In this document: piece after piece, positions 31,040 through 32,000 of the stretch
Layout: each line of letters begins with the position of its first letter
Position numbering within the stretch: position 1 is the first letter of the stretch
Origin: Deinococcus radiodurans R1 = ATCC 13939 = DSM 20539
GTDB lineage: Bacteria; Deinococcota; Deinococci; Deinococcales; Deinococcaceae
Length of the DNA stretch: 32,000 nt
Assembly (NCBI RefSeq): GCF_000008565.1
Contig: NC_001263.1
Span: 1,137,083 to 1,169,082 of the forward strand
Reading direction: 5' to 3'
Notes under the pieces: generated by a model
What the model saw: only the letters and a program-made list of their open reading frames with translations
The model's database searches: none
What the model was told of the DNA's origin: nothing
Made by a program: the position numbers and the translations under genes

Positions 31040-32000
31040 TTACGCCCCGACCAGCAGCGCCCGGAAGTCGTTGAGGTTGTGCCCGCTCGGTCCCGTCACC
31101 AACGCGTCGCCGAGGTGGGCGAAGAAGGTGCCGGAGTCGTTGCGCTCCAGAAACTCGCGCGGACTGAGGCCCGCCGCCCGCGCCCGGCCCAGCGTGTCCG
31201 GCGTCAGGAACGCGCCCGCCGCGTCGCTGCTGCCATCTATCCCGTCCGACCCCGCCGAGAGCGCGTACACGCCGTCTTCTCCCAGTGCGAGGGCGAGCGC
31301 CAGCGCGAATTCCTGGTTGCGCCCGCCTGCGCCGTCGCCGCGCAGCTGACCGTTGCCTCGCCGCCCGAGAGCAGCACCAGCGGGGGCGGCAGGGGAGAGC
31401 CATACTGCTGCACGCTCCGCACCAGCGAGGCGTGAAGACGGGCGAGTTCGCGCGCTTCTCCCTCAAAGGTGTCGCCCAGGATGACCGCCCGCACGCCCTG
31501 GCCTTCCAGAAACTTTTGCGCCGCTTCCAGCAGCAGCCGGTTGCTGCCGATGATCTCGTTGGTGACGTGCGGCAGCGTGTCCGGCGTGTCGGGCGCCCCC
31601 GACTGAAAATGGGCGCGAACGGCGGGCGCCGCGATGCTGTACTTCTCCAGTACTGCTAGCGCGTCGGCGAAGGTCGTCGGGTCGGGTACCGTCGGCCCAC
31701 TGGCAATCACGCTGGGGTCGTCGCCCACCACGTCTGAGAGCAGCAGCGCCCGCACCCGCGCCGGGGTGGCCTGCGCCAGCCGCCCACCTTTGACCCGTGA
31801 GAGGTGACGCCGCACGGTATTGATTTCCCCGATGTCGGCCCCCGCCCGCAGCAGCTCGCGCGTCAGGGCCTGTTTCTCTGCCAGCGTCACGCCATCCGGC
31901 GCGGCCAGCAGCGCGCTCCCGCCGCCCGAGACCAGAATGAGTGCTTCCTGGTCAGGGCGCAGTGCCCCCAGCTGCCGCAAAGCTTCCTCGGCGGCGGCGG
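31040..32000 (-). pseudogene. Glycerate 2-kinase / hydroxypyruvate-reductase-like (DUF4147 plus MOFRL). The N-terminus is outside the window and the frame is broken near 31343-31352.
   Basis: LILVSGGGSALLAAP...INTVRRHLSRVKGGRLA. After LLSGGEATV the frame turns to junk. The frame of ORF 31040..31270 continues LRGDGAGGRNQEFALALALALGEDGVYALSAGSDGIDGSSDAAGAF, a classic MOFRL sequence. Confidence 0.75.

Overview
This is a high-GC (about two-thirds G+C by eye) bacterial chromosomal segment with tightly packed genes. Gene content, a recurring small hairpin repeat and one operator-like palindrome point to a Deinococcus (D. radiodurans-like) genome; that assignment is inference, not a search result.

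Layout, left to right:
- 1-7671, all on the minus strand: a co-directional array of telA-like, two hypothetical genes, hemY(cgoX), hemH, ilvD and hemE.
- 7.7-13.6 kb: small accessory or secreted proteins, a tandem-GNAT acetyltransferase, a short pyrophosphatase-like protein, a lipoprotein and a GH13 amylase.
- 13.7-15.9 kb: two translationally coupled, paralogous coiled-coil genes. Their promoter carries a 17-bp palindrome resembling the radiation/desiccation response motif (RDRM, the DdrO operator).
- 16.0-24.1 kb: a lower-GC GIY-YIG gene directly behind lepA, then a general-stress PNPOx-like gene, pheA, a KhtT/KhtU-like K+/H+ antiporter pair and miaB.
- 24.1-32.0 kb: a crotonase, then an allantoin utilisation cluster (ureidoglycine aminohydrolase, allantoinase, allantoate amidohydrolase, a divergent malate-synthase-like protein, an IclR regulator and a glycerate kinase).

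Most interesting: the predicted damage-inducible coiled-coil operon of unknown function and the adjacent orphan GIY-YIG protein.

Other observations:
- At least three genes are broken by what look like single-base deletions. These could be sequencing errors or real pseudogenes.
- Four copies of a small non-coding hairpin repeat are present.
- Several clean rho-independent terminators are present.
- I saw no rRNA, tRNA, CRISPR array, IS element or prophage.

The many long ORFs antisense to real genes are high-GC artefacts.
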